A stretch of DNA of 64,000 bases. Origin: Macrostomum lignano (taxonomy: Eukaryota). The DNA lies in contig NIVC01002069.1 in assembly GCA_002269645.1 (NCBI GenBank), positions 143,255 through 207,254 of the forward strand. Reading direction: 5' to 3'. The position numbers were made by a program, and so were the translations under genes. Every line of letters begins with the position of its first letter. The first letter of the stretch is position 1. Positions 11,751 to 25,600 of the stretch are shown here, in pieces. Under the pieces are notes generated by a model that worked only from the letters and a program-made list of their open reading frames with translations, made no database searches and was not told the origin of the DNA.

Positions 11751-14286
11751 GTAGAGAGATGTAATATAAATAACAGGTTTCTATAAAAACCTTTCAATAA
11801 GCTCATCTAAGATTTTTTCAGCAACAAATATTGTTAAAAAAGGCACATTTTTGATAGTATGTAAATTCTATGCTAATTTTTATTCTTTTAAAAACATATA
11901 ATGTATAAAAAAGACCAGTTAAAAAAAACCAGTTGACTGGTTTTTAACTTAAAAAGACAGTTTTTGGTATCTTTACTTTAGATGAACTGCAAGATAGCTC
12001 ATATATAGCTGCAACTAAGCTGTCAGTTACATATCTAGCCCACATCATTAGAGCCCACATTATTACATATTGTGCTAATGGTGTTCTTGTATAATATGAA
12101 ATCCCATCACTAGAACCAAAGTTCTAGGCAAATGGCTTTCTTTTCCTATTTTAGAAATCCCACTAATGCTATCCCAAAGTTGTAGCAAGCAGTCTTCTCT
12201 CAATTATTACTTAATCCTACATAAGGCTAATTTCTATCCTCTGAGATGATCTTACTACCATTAATTATGTATTTTTATGAATGTACTTAATGCCTATACT
12301 TATATTTGTTGGTAGCGCATGTATTTATACTGGTAGAATTCTATGTAAACTTGGTAGTGTATGTAATTATTTATTAGCCTAGGTGATCTAATGACACTGT
12401 CTACCTTTTTCTCTATACCTATTTTATTCCTATGTTACTAAGTAGGGTTTTTCTCTCAGTCCAAGGCATTCCTAGGATCAGAGGGTCACAGCTTATTTGC
12501 TAGGTATTCTGCCCTAAGGAGAGTCTCTTAGACTCTGAGTCTAGATTATCTACCCTTTGGTAGGTATTCTGCCTTGTAAGGCAATTTATTGCTCTAAGGC
12601 AATCTTCCTTAGACTACTAAGTAATTCTCACTTTCAGCGGATTTCTGATAGTCCCTATAGGAAAAAGTTATAAAACTGCGGACAGTGTCCAGCGCACTTT
12701 TGAAATTTTTCTAAAGCACAGTGCGCACAGACATGGCACTTACGCGTGCGCTGCCCTTTCTTACTGGCTGCTGCTCTAGCAAATACATATACATGGAAAT
12801 GGGTATAATACCTCTGTGGAAGGGGCTTATACACTTTTAATTTATTAAGCTTAAGGTTGTTCCGAAAAATTCAATTCAAATTCAAAATTTGCAATTTTTA
12901 AGAGCAAATTTCAATTTCAAAAAAATTTAAACTTCTAAATTTTTATAGTGTCTAAAAGTCACTAAAATAAACTAATTTCTACTACATATACATGTATTAC
13001 ATTTTGCAGTAAATTGAAAGTAAAAAAGTGAGTGTTGGTCATACTAAACTTTGTTGTTCTAAGTTATGATTTTAGGAAATTTCAGTTTTGATTTTGGAAA
13101 GTTAGCAAATTTTGATTTCAACAAATTGCGCTCTTTTGGAACATCTCTAATAGGCCTAATCCTAAAGCGCGGTAAAATAGTTTTACTCTTTTCTAAAGTG
13201 CAAGTCTGCGGGTTTTCAACATTTATTCCAATAGGGCTGATAGTGATAGTGATACTCCCAAATTGAGGCTCTTAAAATAAACAAGTCCTTTAAGTACTGC
13301 CAATAGCAATTTTATATGCAAATGATTGTATTAATTTGCTAGTTTATGAAAAGGAGCGAGTCTAATGCTGGAGCTCAAGTTGCTCTTTTTGGCCCACTCT
13401 ATTTCTATTTATACTAAAAAAATTTACCATTTATAACAATGATTGGTTGCAAAATATTTTTGTAATTCATAACATTCAAACAAAAAAAGTTTTTAATGCA
13501 GTTTTGAAGTAAGGCTTCCTAGGAAACATAAAACAAAATGAATAAGTAGAATTAAGAAGGTGAGCGCTATCATTTTTTATGCAATACGTTTTGCCTTGTG
13601 TCAGGCATTGTCAGGCTCTTAAAATTAGTAATGATTTATTTGTTCATTTATATTTAACAATTAAGACTAAGAACAGGTCAAAAAAAGTCAGAAATGTATA
13701 TAAATTGAGTAACATTCAGTATTATTAATGCATTATCTCAATATTTCATATACATAGGTAAATATGTTATATTACTTCAAAAGGAAATTTTTAGGCCTAA
13801 CCATTGCTAAAAAACAATTTAAATTTTTATTCAATTTTTTAAAATGAAACACACACACATACACATACACACATAAAAACATTGCTAGAGTTTAAGTATA
13901 TTGAGAGATATTAGTTTTGTACTATTTTCTGAGAAAAAAAAGATAATAGTTTATTACATCAAAAGCTCTAGAAAAACATTAGATCACAAGAAATAATAGA
14001 ATGATAAAGCTTTTGCAGGCTTTTGCAGCTATATTCTGATCCTTATGTTAGGCCCTATTGGAATTTGTATGTTTGGCCTATCATAATATCATAATAAATT
14101 TTTACAGTTATATTGGAGAATAAAAACAAACTACTTACAACTTATAAATTTCAATTAGACTGTTTTCTTAATTACTTTCACCTTTGGGGTCTGAAAAAGG
14201 AAAAGGGAAATTATTATTGTTAAATTATTTATATCCTTTAGTAGTAGGCCCCCTAATAGAAACTCCTATGGGAGTTGGGCATACAT

Positions 14287-14440
14287 GCGCAACCTTGGAA
14301 ATCACCCGGCCGTTTCTATTGGCAACACACACATGTAAGTCGCTATTGGCTGAGAGCAATCACGTGACTACTATTCCGTCCAATAGCAACTTACATGTGT
14401 GTTGCCAATAGAAATGGCCAAGTAAATCCCTAGGTTGCAC
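14287..14440. mobile_element. Short palindromic MITE-like element
   Basis: ggccgtttctattggcaacacacacatgtaagtcgctattgg (from 14308) pairs with ccaatagcaacttacatgtgtgttgccaatagaaatggcc (to 14419). Outer arms gcgcaaccttgg / cctaggttgcac. Confidence 0.7.
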
Positions 14441-15524
14441 CCAAACATGGAGTCGGGACTAGAAAAGTTTCAAAATTGAGTACAAATATCTCAAAACTTT
14501 TTTTACAAGGGCCTTTTCATATTGCTTGTTCTGGTTCCAGAACCAGAACCAAGTTGTGAAGTATAACTTTTTGTCTCCATAAATAGAGGGAGATATGTGC
14601 TATAAAGTTTTTATTACTGAATGATAATTGCCAAGAAGAAAGTGAAAAATTGTGCTAAGTGAGGTTGTTAAGGCAGTCAAACATTCAACAGAATTAAATA
14701 GTTATACTGCTGTCTTTCTTGGAAGATCCGAACTGATTCTGGAATTGGTAATATGAAAAGTCTCTAAGGCAAGTACAACTGCTGCTAGTTGTCCTAGCCA
14801 AGGCTTCTTGGCACATTGCAGCTAATATCGATTCAAGAGAAATAATATAATGCTGATATTATACTGATTGATATTGATAATAGGCAAGAATATGAAGATA
14901 TTAGTCCTTAGGCTAGGCTTAGAATCACTTTTAATCAATGCAAGGAATTAAAAATAAAGGCTCATTCTGTCATTCATAACATAATACAAAATAGCCAGGC
15001 CATTAACATCAACTTATACACATTTAACTCGTATGACGTATAAAATACAACAACTTGGATGTGCCGACAGTCGACGAATCGACGATTTTGAGGACGGGGT
15101 GACTGGGCGTGCTTTTCTGGTGGTCACGGATTTTTCGGGCGGGCCGCGTACTGCTTTTCGGGCCGTTCAAATCGGCGCGGTTCCTGATCATTCGAACCAA
15201 ACTCGGCGAAAAATCCGGGTGCAGAATAAAGGGGAGCTCCGGCTGCTGAGTTCCTTAGGCTCAGGGGGGGGGGGGTTGCTGTGGTCGCGGCTGAGTGGTC
15301 TAGTTGTTGCCGTCTATCAGAATGCCGAATGCAGCGATAAATTAATAAAGCTTTAGTTAATCAACGATCTTAATAACCAAGAGCAACCACAACTTCCACC
15401 TACCAGTTTACAACCAAAGGTAGCATTTGGTTTGTCAAGTTGCTGTATTTGACTATTTTTCGAATATTCATTATTATACTACTATTATACTATTATAAAT
15501 TACACTACATCAGTCGTGGGTATC

Positions 15525-15770
15525 GGTAATTCACGGCCCGGCCCGGCCCGGGCGGCCCCTATTTAGCCAATGTAAATTCATTTTAGTAAATAAGTAAAAC
15601 AAAAAATACTGAACAGAATGCCGCATATTTTTCGAGTCAATTGTGAGTTTACTACGTTTTAAAATATTGATTGTCAATTTAATGAACTTCTGATGCTCTA
15701 TTTTCTAAATTAAGTTAAAAACTAAAGTAACAACGCCGCGGCCCTGGGCCGGGCCGGGCCGCGAAATACC
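15525..15770. mobile_element. MITE-like element with 25-bp GC-rich inverted termini
   Basis: ggtaattcacggcccggcccggccc versus the reverse complement of gggccgggccgggccgcgaaatacc (2 mismatches). No TSD evident. Confidence 0.6.
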
Positions 15771-16671
15771 ATGCAACACGGCCATCCAGTCATATCTTTA
15801 ATCGAAGATGTACGTTTATACCCCAGGAATGTATCCAGGAAGGATACATTGTACTCGTGCAAGTAGCAAATCACCGTGGCAAAAATTTCTCTCTGTACAG
15901 AAGTAAAAATAAGTATACATGTACACATGTATGTACTGTATACATAAAAAACTAACGTCGTCAGAGGCCAAATATGAGTAGGAGTTTTTTATATGTGTAT
16001 CATTTAGTGCTTGTCGAAGCAACAATGTAATGCAGGCGTAAATAGGCTTTATTTTACCTGGCGTAGATAAAACTGACGACTGTAGCAAAATTGAGACCAT
16101 AATGTATGATAAAAAGCTACACATTTCTATGCAAAGTATACAATTGCAATATTAGACTCAGTTCAGATCAGATCCAGAAAATCACATATATACTTAATAA
16201 ATCAATTTAACAAATATGAGCGTATGGTAAACAGAAAAGACTCGGCTCAAATTCAGATTACGATGGCGAGAAGTACTTCATACCCTGTAAAGTTAATGTG
16301 CATCTACGAGCGGACATGCCGAGTATAAAAAGGTTGGAAAATCGATAATTTAGCAAAATAAAACATTTCAAATGATATTGGGTACGCGTTTACTGCAATA
16401 TCATTTACAATTGTATGGTTGACAAACAAATAATAGACAGCTAGCTTTGTGACACATCAGATAAATTAATAATAATAAGCACAATTACGAATTTATATGC
16501 AATCACAATATCATCTGAATAAGTGCATAGCATATGCACTGTTTATATATTGTAACAAACTTAGTAATGCACAAATATGAATTAAAAAACTGTATTTTCG
16601 TTGTTTTTGTATAAAAATAGCGGGTCAATCAGGCAGTCATTTAAAATACCGGGTCGTTCCCTAAAAAAAGT

Positions 16672-19600
16672 TCAAATTTCCACATTAGTCGGCTTGCGGC
16701 ATTGCGGACAGTCCAGGCACACCTGGCACTCGGTGAGATCCTTCAGCTTTGGGTGCAGGTGAAACAGGCTGATCTGCTGGTCTGCAAAGATTGTGTGCGT
16801 TTGTGCCCACTATTTATTTTCCATAATAATTTACAAGTTTACAAGAAGAAACTTCTCAAGGTCAAAGCTCGTACTCGTATATTTGCAAGTAACATGCAGT
16901 CATTCAAAGCTTTATAAATCTTTTAAAAAGTTGTCATTTCTCACACAAGATCAACAGAATCATAAATTTAAAAAAATGCTTTTACCTGGCTTATAGTAAT
17001 TCTTAGCGGTGATGCGCTGCGGACTTAAACGCATAACGGGGATCTCACGAACCCACCTGACTGACAGGCAAATCTCTGATGTCAACTGAAAACATTAAAT
17101 GATTACGTCGAGTTAGGTTCAGTAGGTCAGTTACAATCTGCTATGCACACAAAACTACGCCAATTGGTTCGATCTAGTGCGCAGGCAACATTAATTTGAG
17201 GCGTCTAGCCATAGCTATGCACAGAAATTGGCTCCATGAGGAAGGGTCGAGTCAGGAGCAGTTGAATGTGCTCAGGAGTCAGCAGAATTTGGGCAGAATT
17301 GCCTCAACGCTGGAACTGAATTCTGAGATCAAGGAACATAGAACCCAACGTTTTTGAACAAAAAGCTTTACAAATATCAAAAGAGCTATAAGAAAGGCAC
17401 AACATATCAAAAGAAGAACACCGGGTCTGCCTCCTATGGAAAGCAATAACAATTTTTGTGTTAAAAAATGAAAACTTCCTATCTCCGTAGTGTATTTTTC
17501 CGGAAAAAACTGCCTCCTATATTTGTCCAAGAAACGAGGCTTCCCGTCCTTCTACTAGAGTAGTCCTTGCCTGAGAAATTATCAGCTGCCAATGCTGCCA
17601 ATAACGCACACAACTCATTAATCTCACCTCGCTCAAATAGAACACTAGTTCGTCGGACTCCGACTCCACCCTGGCAACAGATCCGCCAACGGGCGTGTGC
17701 TCGTCCACAGCAAATCCGCTGGGATGACTCAGCGAAACAATGTACATGCCAGGCCCATTATTGGCCGTGGCGCAGACGGCCACCTCAACCGAGGAGCCGT
17801 CAGCCGGAGCGAATCCGCCCAGCGGCCAATTATCGGCTAAACGAAGTCCGACTCCGCCGCGTCGGGTCCAATCGGCTGCAATCCAACCCACCGGCGAGTC
17901 CAACAAATTATAGGCGTAGGCAACCGTTACCAAGGCAACGCCGGAGCCTGTGCCGCTCACAAAAACTTCTCCGTCGAGTGCTCGAGCGGCTTGGCCGCGG
18001 CCGATCTCCCGCTGCTGCAGCAAAGAGCGATTAGCTGGGCCAAGACCGAACCGAAGCGGCTCTGGCTGGCCGGGCCAGGTCACCTGGAAATTTAATGGGT
18101 AATTTTGAAGGGGAAACTTGAATTGCCAGCGAGAGTTCAGGGGCGCATCGAGAAGAGAAAATGAGAGAAGAGAACAAGGGCGCCAGAGAGAAGAGATCAG
18201 GGGCGCCAGAGAGAAGAGATCAGGGGCGCCAGAGAGAAGAGATCAGGGGCGCCAGAGAGAAGAGATCAGGGGCGCCAGAGAGAAGAGAACAGGGGCGCCA
18301 GAGAGAAGAGAAAATGAGAGAAGAGAACAGGGGCGCCAGAGAGAAGAGAACAGGGGCGCCAGAGAGAAGAGAACAGGGGCGCCAGAGAGAAGAGAACAGG
18401 GGCGCCAGAGAGAAGAGATCAGGGGCGCCAGAGAGAAGAGAACAGGGGCGCCAGAGAGAAGAGAACAGGGGCGCATCGAGAAGAGAAAATGAGAGAAGAG
18501 AACAGGGCGCCAGAGAGAAGAGAACAGGGGCGCCAGAGAGAAGAGATCAGGGGCGCCAGAGAGAAGAGAACAAGGGCACCAGAGACAAGAGATCAGGGGC
18601 GCCAGAGAGAAGAGAACAGGGGCGCCAGAGAGAAGAGATCAGGGGCGCCAGAGAGAAGAGAACAGGGGCGCCAGCAAGAAGAGAACAGAGGCGCCAGAGA
18701 AAGGAGAACAGGGGCGCCAGAGAGAAGAGAACAGGGGCGCCAGAGAGAAGAGATCAGGGGCGCCAGAGAGAAGAGAACAGGGGCGCCAGAGAGAAGAGAA
18801 CAGGGGCGCCAGCAAGAAGAGAACAGAGGCGCCAGAGAAAGGAGAACAGGGGCGCCAGAGAGAAGAGAACAGGGGCGCCAGAGAGAAGAGATCAGGGGCG
18901 CCAGAGAGAAGAGAACAGGGGCGCCAGAGAGAAGAGAACAGGGGCGCCAGCAGAAGAGAACAGAGGCGCCAGAGAAAGGAGAACAGGGGCGCCAGAGAGA
19001 AGAGAACAGGGGCGCCAGAGAGAAGAGATCAGGGGTGGCAGAGAGAAGAGATCAGGGGCGCCAGAGAGAAGAGAACAGGGGCACCAGAGAGAAGAGAAAA
19101 TGAGAGAAGAGGACAGGGGCGCCAGTGAGAAGAGATCAGGGGCGCATCGAGAGAAAATGAGAGAAGAGATCAGGGGCGCCAGAGAGAAGAGATCAAAAGT
19201 GGCAGAGAGAATAGATCAGGGGTGGCAGAGAGAAGAGATCAGGGGCGCCAGAGAGAAGAGAAAATGAGAGAAGAGATCAGGGGCGCCAGAGAGAAGAGAA
19301 AATGAGAGAAGAGAACAGGGGCGCCAGAGAGAAGAGAACAGGGGCGCCAGCAAGAAGAGAACAGGGGCGCCAGAGAGAAGAGGACAGCGGCGCCAGCAAG
19401 AAGAGAACAGAGGCGCCAGAGAAAGGAGAACAGGGGCGCCAGAGAGAAGAGATCAGGGGCGCCAGAGAGAAGAGATCAGGGGCGCCAGAGAGAAGAAAAC
19501 GGTGGGACGCCAGTAGGAGGCCAGGGGTGCTATAGTTTGCCCCTAGACGCCCCTTTACGCCCCAAGACCCTTAACAGCCATCCTCACAGTCACGCTGCCG

Positions 19601-22600
19601 ACGCCGTCCCCGCCAGGGTGGCTCCTAGCGAACTGGGCCATAGCCTGAAGGCCAACCACCGTGTCCTGAGTCGAATGAAATCCGCCCAAATCGCCCTGTC
19701 GACCGCTTAGCCAGCGCAGCGCCGGGGCCGCCGTCTGAAAATCGGCCCTCGCCAGAGCAGTCAAAAGCGCGTAGCTGGTCGTCTCAACAGAGCCGTCTGC
19801 GTCGCCGCTTCCGGGCCAGTAGCGTTTGATTCCTCCGTCGAGGGCTCGCGAAGCCTCATAGAGATGCAGCCATAGGAAACTGGCCAGTTTAGCACCTTCA
19901 GGTCCGCCGGCGCCGCCCAAATCGTCGTCGATTGCCAATCGGGCGGCGTAGGCGGCCACGGCGAGGTCGCTTGGCCGGAAGTCGGCCGGCCTGGCCCGAT
20001 AGTCGTCGTAGACGAAGCGAAGACCGGAGCGCAAAGCGGAAGCGAGGCGCGAGTGGGGGCCGACGGCCTGCTGCGAGCAGCTCAGGTCCGGATGACGGCG
20101 GCAGGACTGCGTAAACGAATTTTTGTTTTGGCACATTCGATTCGTACTGAGCGTGTCAGTGTGACTCATCATTAAGTTTTTATTTTTATCATCAGTTCGC
20201 TGACTCACCAAGAATGAGTAATCACTAAGTTTCTATTTTTAGCATCAGTTTGCTGACTCACCAAGAATAACTCATCATTAAGTTTCTATTTTTAGCATCA
20301 GTTCGCTGAATCACTAAGAATGACTAATTAAGCTTCTATTTTTAGCAACACTGAAAGCAACCAGCCCAGCGACTCACCCGGATGACGCGCACAAGCGAGG
20401 CGCACACGTAGGCGGTGAGGCCGGCCGCTCCGCTTGCCCCGGCGCCCTGCATGTCGGCGTGGATGACCCGGCCTGCTTCAGCGAAGCTGCCGTCCGGCTG
20501 CTGCTTGGAGAGCAAAAAGTCAAGAGACGGGCCGGCAAGAGCCTGTGGATCCATGGGGATGAAGGCGGCTGCCTGGGCGTAGATTGACAGCACGAATGCC
20601 GTTAGCCAAGTACTGCCAGCAGGGTCATTGTTGCCGAATGCGCTGTAGGACCCGTCTGTTCGCCTGTAGGAAAGGCAACGAGAGGAATTAGGTTAGGTAG
20701 TTGGTACATACTAAGTCGACAGTCCACTCGCAGCCGTTACTACTCCAGACTCAAACCCACCTGTAAGTGAGCTCTCTCTGGTAGCCAGTCTTCATAATTC
20801 TCACGGCCTTGGCCACAGTGTCCGGTGTGGCCTCTCGCGGTCCGAGACAGTCAAGAACGAACACGGCCGGAGCGAAGTTGATCATGTTCTGCTCGCCGCA
20901 GCCGTACGGCATTCGAAGCAGGCGCTCCAGGTTTGTGACAGACGCGCCAAGCACCGTGCCGGTGACCTGGCGGGGTGGCAATTCTGTTTTCTAAGTCACT
21001 GCTCAATGAGATCTAGCTTTGAGAATAGAGGGCTGAGAATAGAGGTGTGATGCTGCGTTGGAATATCTCAAACTATTCAAACTAGACTTTTGACAAACTA
21101 TATGTAGACTATTCGCAAACTAGACTATTCGCAAACTAGACTATTAACAAACAAAGACTATTCACAAACAAAGATTATTCACAAACTAGATTATTCACAA
21201 ACGAGACCATACACAAACTAGATTATTCACAGACGAGACTATTCACATACGAGACTATTCACAAACTATATTATTCACAAACTAGACTATTTACAAACTA
21301 AATTATTCACAAACTAGACTATTAACAAACTAGACTATTCACAGACTAGACTATTAACAAACAAAAACTATTCACAAACTAGTTTATCCACAAACTAGAC
21401 TACTCACGAACGAGACTGGTCACCAATTAAACTGTTCACAAAGTAGACTAGACTATGTAGTCAAATCATCTTTTCTTAGGTAACTATGAAATTAACATTC
21501 TAATAACAAATCCATGTATTTAGCCTCCAAAAACTTCGATAGTCTTTCTGCCATTTACTTGTTTGGCAGACCAAATTGTATATCTTACCGCACTGTACCT
21601 ATCTTCATCTCACAAATATATTTGTTTTAGTTCTTTTAGTTCTAAACAGTTTAAATTCTATTTTTACGCGCTGGCGAGAATTTATCTGGGCACACGCAAA
21701 TAGTACTGTCCGAAGAGTAGTCACACGTATCGACACTGTGAAGTATAGAGCTTGAACAAAACTTTGGTTTCACGCTAAACTCTATACTTTCTACTGATCA
21801 GTAGACAAATTCGAACAGCTGCTTTCGCTTTTACCTGCACTCTGGCGTACTCAGAGTCATTAACCAGCCTTTTGCCGCCAATCCATCTCAGGTTGGTGGG
21901 AAAGTTGACGGCCAGCCGGGCTGAAGCGGCCGCCCCGGCGGTCAGGTTCAACAGCGCCGTGGCCACCCGACGCTGGGTGGCACCTTCGGCTTCAACGCGA
22001 ACCAGACGTACAACGGAGTCGCCAATGTTGTCAAGCGGAACCAGGCTCACTGCTTGTAGTGCCAGGCGCATTGCTGGCAGTCGGATTGGCTCCACTGGGA
22101 ACACGACAAGGCTGGAGCTGCCAGCTGGCACCGTGGAGTTGCGGGTGAAACCCTCACTGCCTGCATTGTGGTGTTTGCGCAAATTCTTGGCTTCAAGTAC
22201 ATTGTTAGGGGGCTGAGTGTACATGCCTGACGATTAGAAAGTCAATGGGTCGCTGTACACCCTGTGTGAGCGCGTGTGTGAGTGCGCGCCTGCGCACAGT
22301 ATTACAGTATCAGGAGTCAGCCGAAGGCGTTGCCCCAAAATATGTATCTTTTGTAGGTACATAGTTCAAGTCGGTGTATTCGTGCGGGGTACTAAAGTAA
22401 AATTAATGAGTAACTATCCCTGTAGTTTGATTAGTTAATGCCTTGTCATCTAATGAGTGTCTTGTTTTTTTTAATAAAAAATAATCGCATACCCACAACC
22501 AACTCATTTTTAGTATATAGGACTAGCAATCTAGTGCCCCTCTTCAGGGCGGCCAATGAGCAAGGGACGAAAATTATTCCTTTCTTAAAAGCATTCCTTC

Positions 22601-25600
22601 TTCAGTTTTATAAATCACATTCTTCGAGTAAAATTGTCACACAGGACAAATCTTTTAGATATAAATCTCTAAAGATAAAAACAACAAAAGAAAGCCGCAT
22701 ATATATAACGCCGAAATCAATCATCCCCCAATAGCAAGCATCCCCCAATAGCAAGCATCCCCCAATATCAAGCATTCCCCAATAGTAAGCATCCCCCAAT
22801 AGCAAGCATCCCCCAATAGCAAGCATCCCCCAATAGCAAGCATTCCCCAATAGCAAGCATTCCCCAATAGCAAGCATTCTTCAATAGCAAGCATCCCCCA
22901 ATATCAAGCATTCCCCAATAGTACCAGTAAGCATCCCCCAATAGCAAGCATCCCCCAATATCAAGCATTCCCCAATAGTAAGCATCCCCCAAAAGCAAGC
23001 ATCCCCCAAAATCAAGCATTCCCCAATAGTACCAGTAAGCATCCCCCAATAGCAAGCATTCCCCAATAGCAAGCATCCCCCAATATCAAGCATTCTTCAA
23101 TAGCAAGCATCCCCCAATAGCAAGCATCCCCCAATAGCAAGCATCCCCCAATAGCAAGCATCCCCCAATAGCAAGCATCCCCCAATAGCAAGCATCCCCC
23201 AATAGCAAGCATCCCCCAATAGCAAGCATCCCCCAATAGCAAGCATCCCCCAATAGCAAGCATCCCCCAATATCAAGCATCCCCCAATATCAAGCATTCC
23301 CCAATAGTACCAGTAAGCATCCCCCAATAGCAAGCATCCCCCAATATCAAGCATTCCCCAATAGTAAGCATCCCCCAATAGCAAGCATCCCCCAATATCA
23401 AGCATTCCCCAATAGTACCAGTAAGCATCCCCCAATAGCAAGCATTCCCCAATATCAAGCATTCCCCAATAGTAAGCATCCCCCAATAGCAAGCATCCCC
23501 CAATATCAAGCATTACCCAATAGCAAGCATTCTCCAATAGCAAGCATTCCCCAATAGCAAGCATCCCCCAATATCAAGCATTCCCCAATAGCAAGCACCC
23601 CCCAATAGCAAACAGCAACCACACCAACCTAACAAATGCAGACTGGAGTCGTTAGCCAGTGTGACGGAGACGCTCAGGTTAGCCTGGCCATAGTTAAATA
23701 GCAGCACTTTTAGCAGGAATTTTTCGCCGCGAACAATAGCATAGGGCAGCACGGGGCGGATGAAAAATGACCGCCTGCTGACAATGTTCAGCGGACTTCG
23801 GCTCGCCTGCGGAATTAAACAATTGAGTGGCGATGCTTTAAAGACAAGACAATAAGTTTGAATCTTTAGAAGTCTAACATACAGTAGTCTAATTGGCTTT
23901 TCCCTCACGATGAGACGTCTATCAAAAGACCTAAATTTCACATTGCTTAAAAGAATTAAGCATCACTTTCATTAGGACCTAAGCTTCACAAGACCTAAAA
24001 AAGACCTAAACGTAACAAGACCTAAACTTTACAAGACCTAAACTTTACAAAACGTAAGCTTCACAAGTCCTAAACTTCACATTAATTAAACTTTACAAGA
24101 CCTAAAGTTCACAAGACCTAAACTTCACAAGACCTAAACTTCACTAAACCGAAGCTTTACAAGACCTAAACTTCACAAGACCTAAACTTCACTAAACCGA
24201 AGCTTTACAAGACCTAAACTTTACAAGACCTAAACTTCACAAGACCTAAACTTCACTAACCGAAGCTTTACAAGACCTAAACTTTACAAGACCTAAACTT
24301 CACAAGACCTAAACTTCACTAACTGAAGCTTTACAAGACCTAAACTTCACGAGAATTTCACAAGATCTCAACTTTACAAGGCTTAAACTTCATGAGACCT
24401 AAACTTCACAAGACCTAAACTTCATTAGATTTAAATTTCAGGAGACCTAAACTTCATTAGATCTTAACTTCTAGACAATGTGATATTTAAATCTTATGTA
24501 ATCCGCCACACCTTACGGTGGCTGTGTGAAGATGAGACACAGGAGGTGCCTTGAGTTTGAGAGAGTTGTTGAACTAACCGCGGCAAACTCTGCTTAACTT
24601 GAAAGGGCCACCACAGCGAATAAAAGATAACAATTGTTAAAACCCTATAATTAAAAGTTTGACTTAAATTTCGGCAATCGCTACTCATAGTAGCTAATAT
24701 GAAATACCTGCAGCGGCTTGTCGGCACTCAAAGAGAATCCGGTGATGTCCCAGGAGGTGATGGTGTCTGGTAGGGTTACAGGATGACTAGCGGAACCATT
24801 AGCACTGAAATTCACATTGGATAGTAAAATCGTATATGACATACAGTCGGCACTGGCAAAACTCACTAATTTAAAATTAAAAAACACCTAGATTTCACAA
24901 ACCCTAGATTTAACGAACCCCTAGCCCCTACAGACACCTAGCTATCACAGACCCAAGATTTTTCAAAGCCCCTAGATTTCACAAATCCCTAGATTTCACA
25001 AATCCCTAAATTTCAAAAATCTCTAGATTTCACAAATCCCTAGATTTTACAAACCCCTAGATTTCACAAATTCCTAAATTTCACAAATCCCTAGATTTCA
25101 CAAATCCCTAGATTTTACAAACCCCAAGATTTCACAAATTCCTAAATTTCACAAATCCCTAGATTTCACAAAGCCCTAAATTTAATAGAACCTTAGACTT
25201 CACAGATCCCTAGATTTCACAAACCCCTAGATTTCACAAACCCCTAGATTTCACAGACCCCTAGATTTCACGGACCCCCTAGATTTCCCAAACCCACGGA
25301 TTTCTCGGAAACCCCTAGATTTCACAAACCCCTAGATTTCACAGACCCCTAGATTTCACAGATCCCTAGATTTCATAAAACCTTAGATTTCACAAACACC
25401 TAGATTTCACGGACCCCTAGATTTCACAAACCCCTACATTTCACAAACCCCTAGATTTCCCAAACCCCAGGATTTCTCGGAAACCCCTAGATTTCACAAA
25501 CCCCTAGATTTCACAGACCCCTAGATTTCACAGACCCCTAGATTTCACAGATCCCTAGATTTCACAGATCCCTAGATTTCCCAAACCCCTCGATTTTACA

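Noticed and set aside
15033-15356. 107-aa ORF in a GC-rich patch
   Set aside because: No recognisable motif or consistent splice context; possibly a transposon or regulatory remnant.
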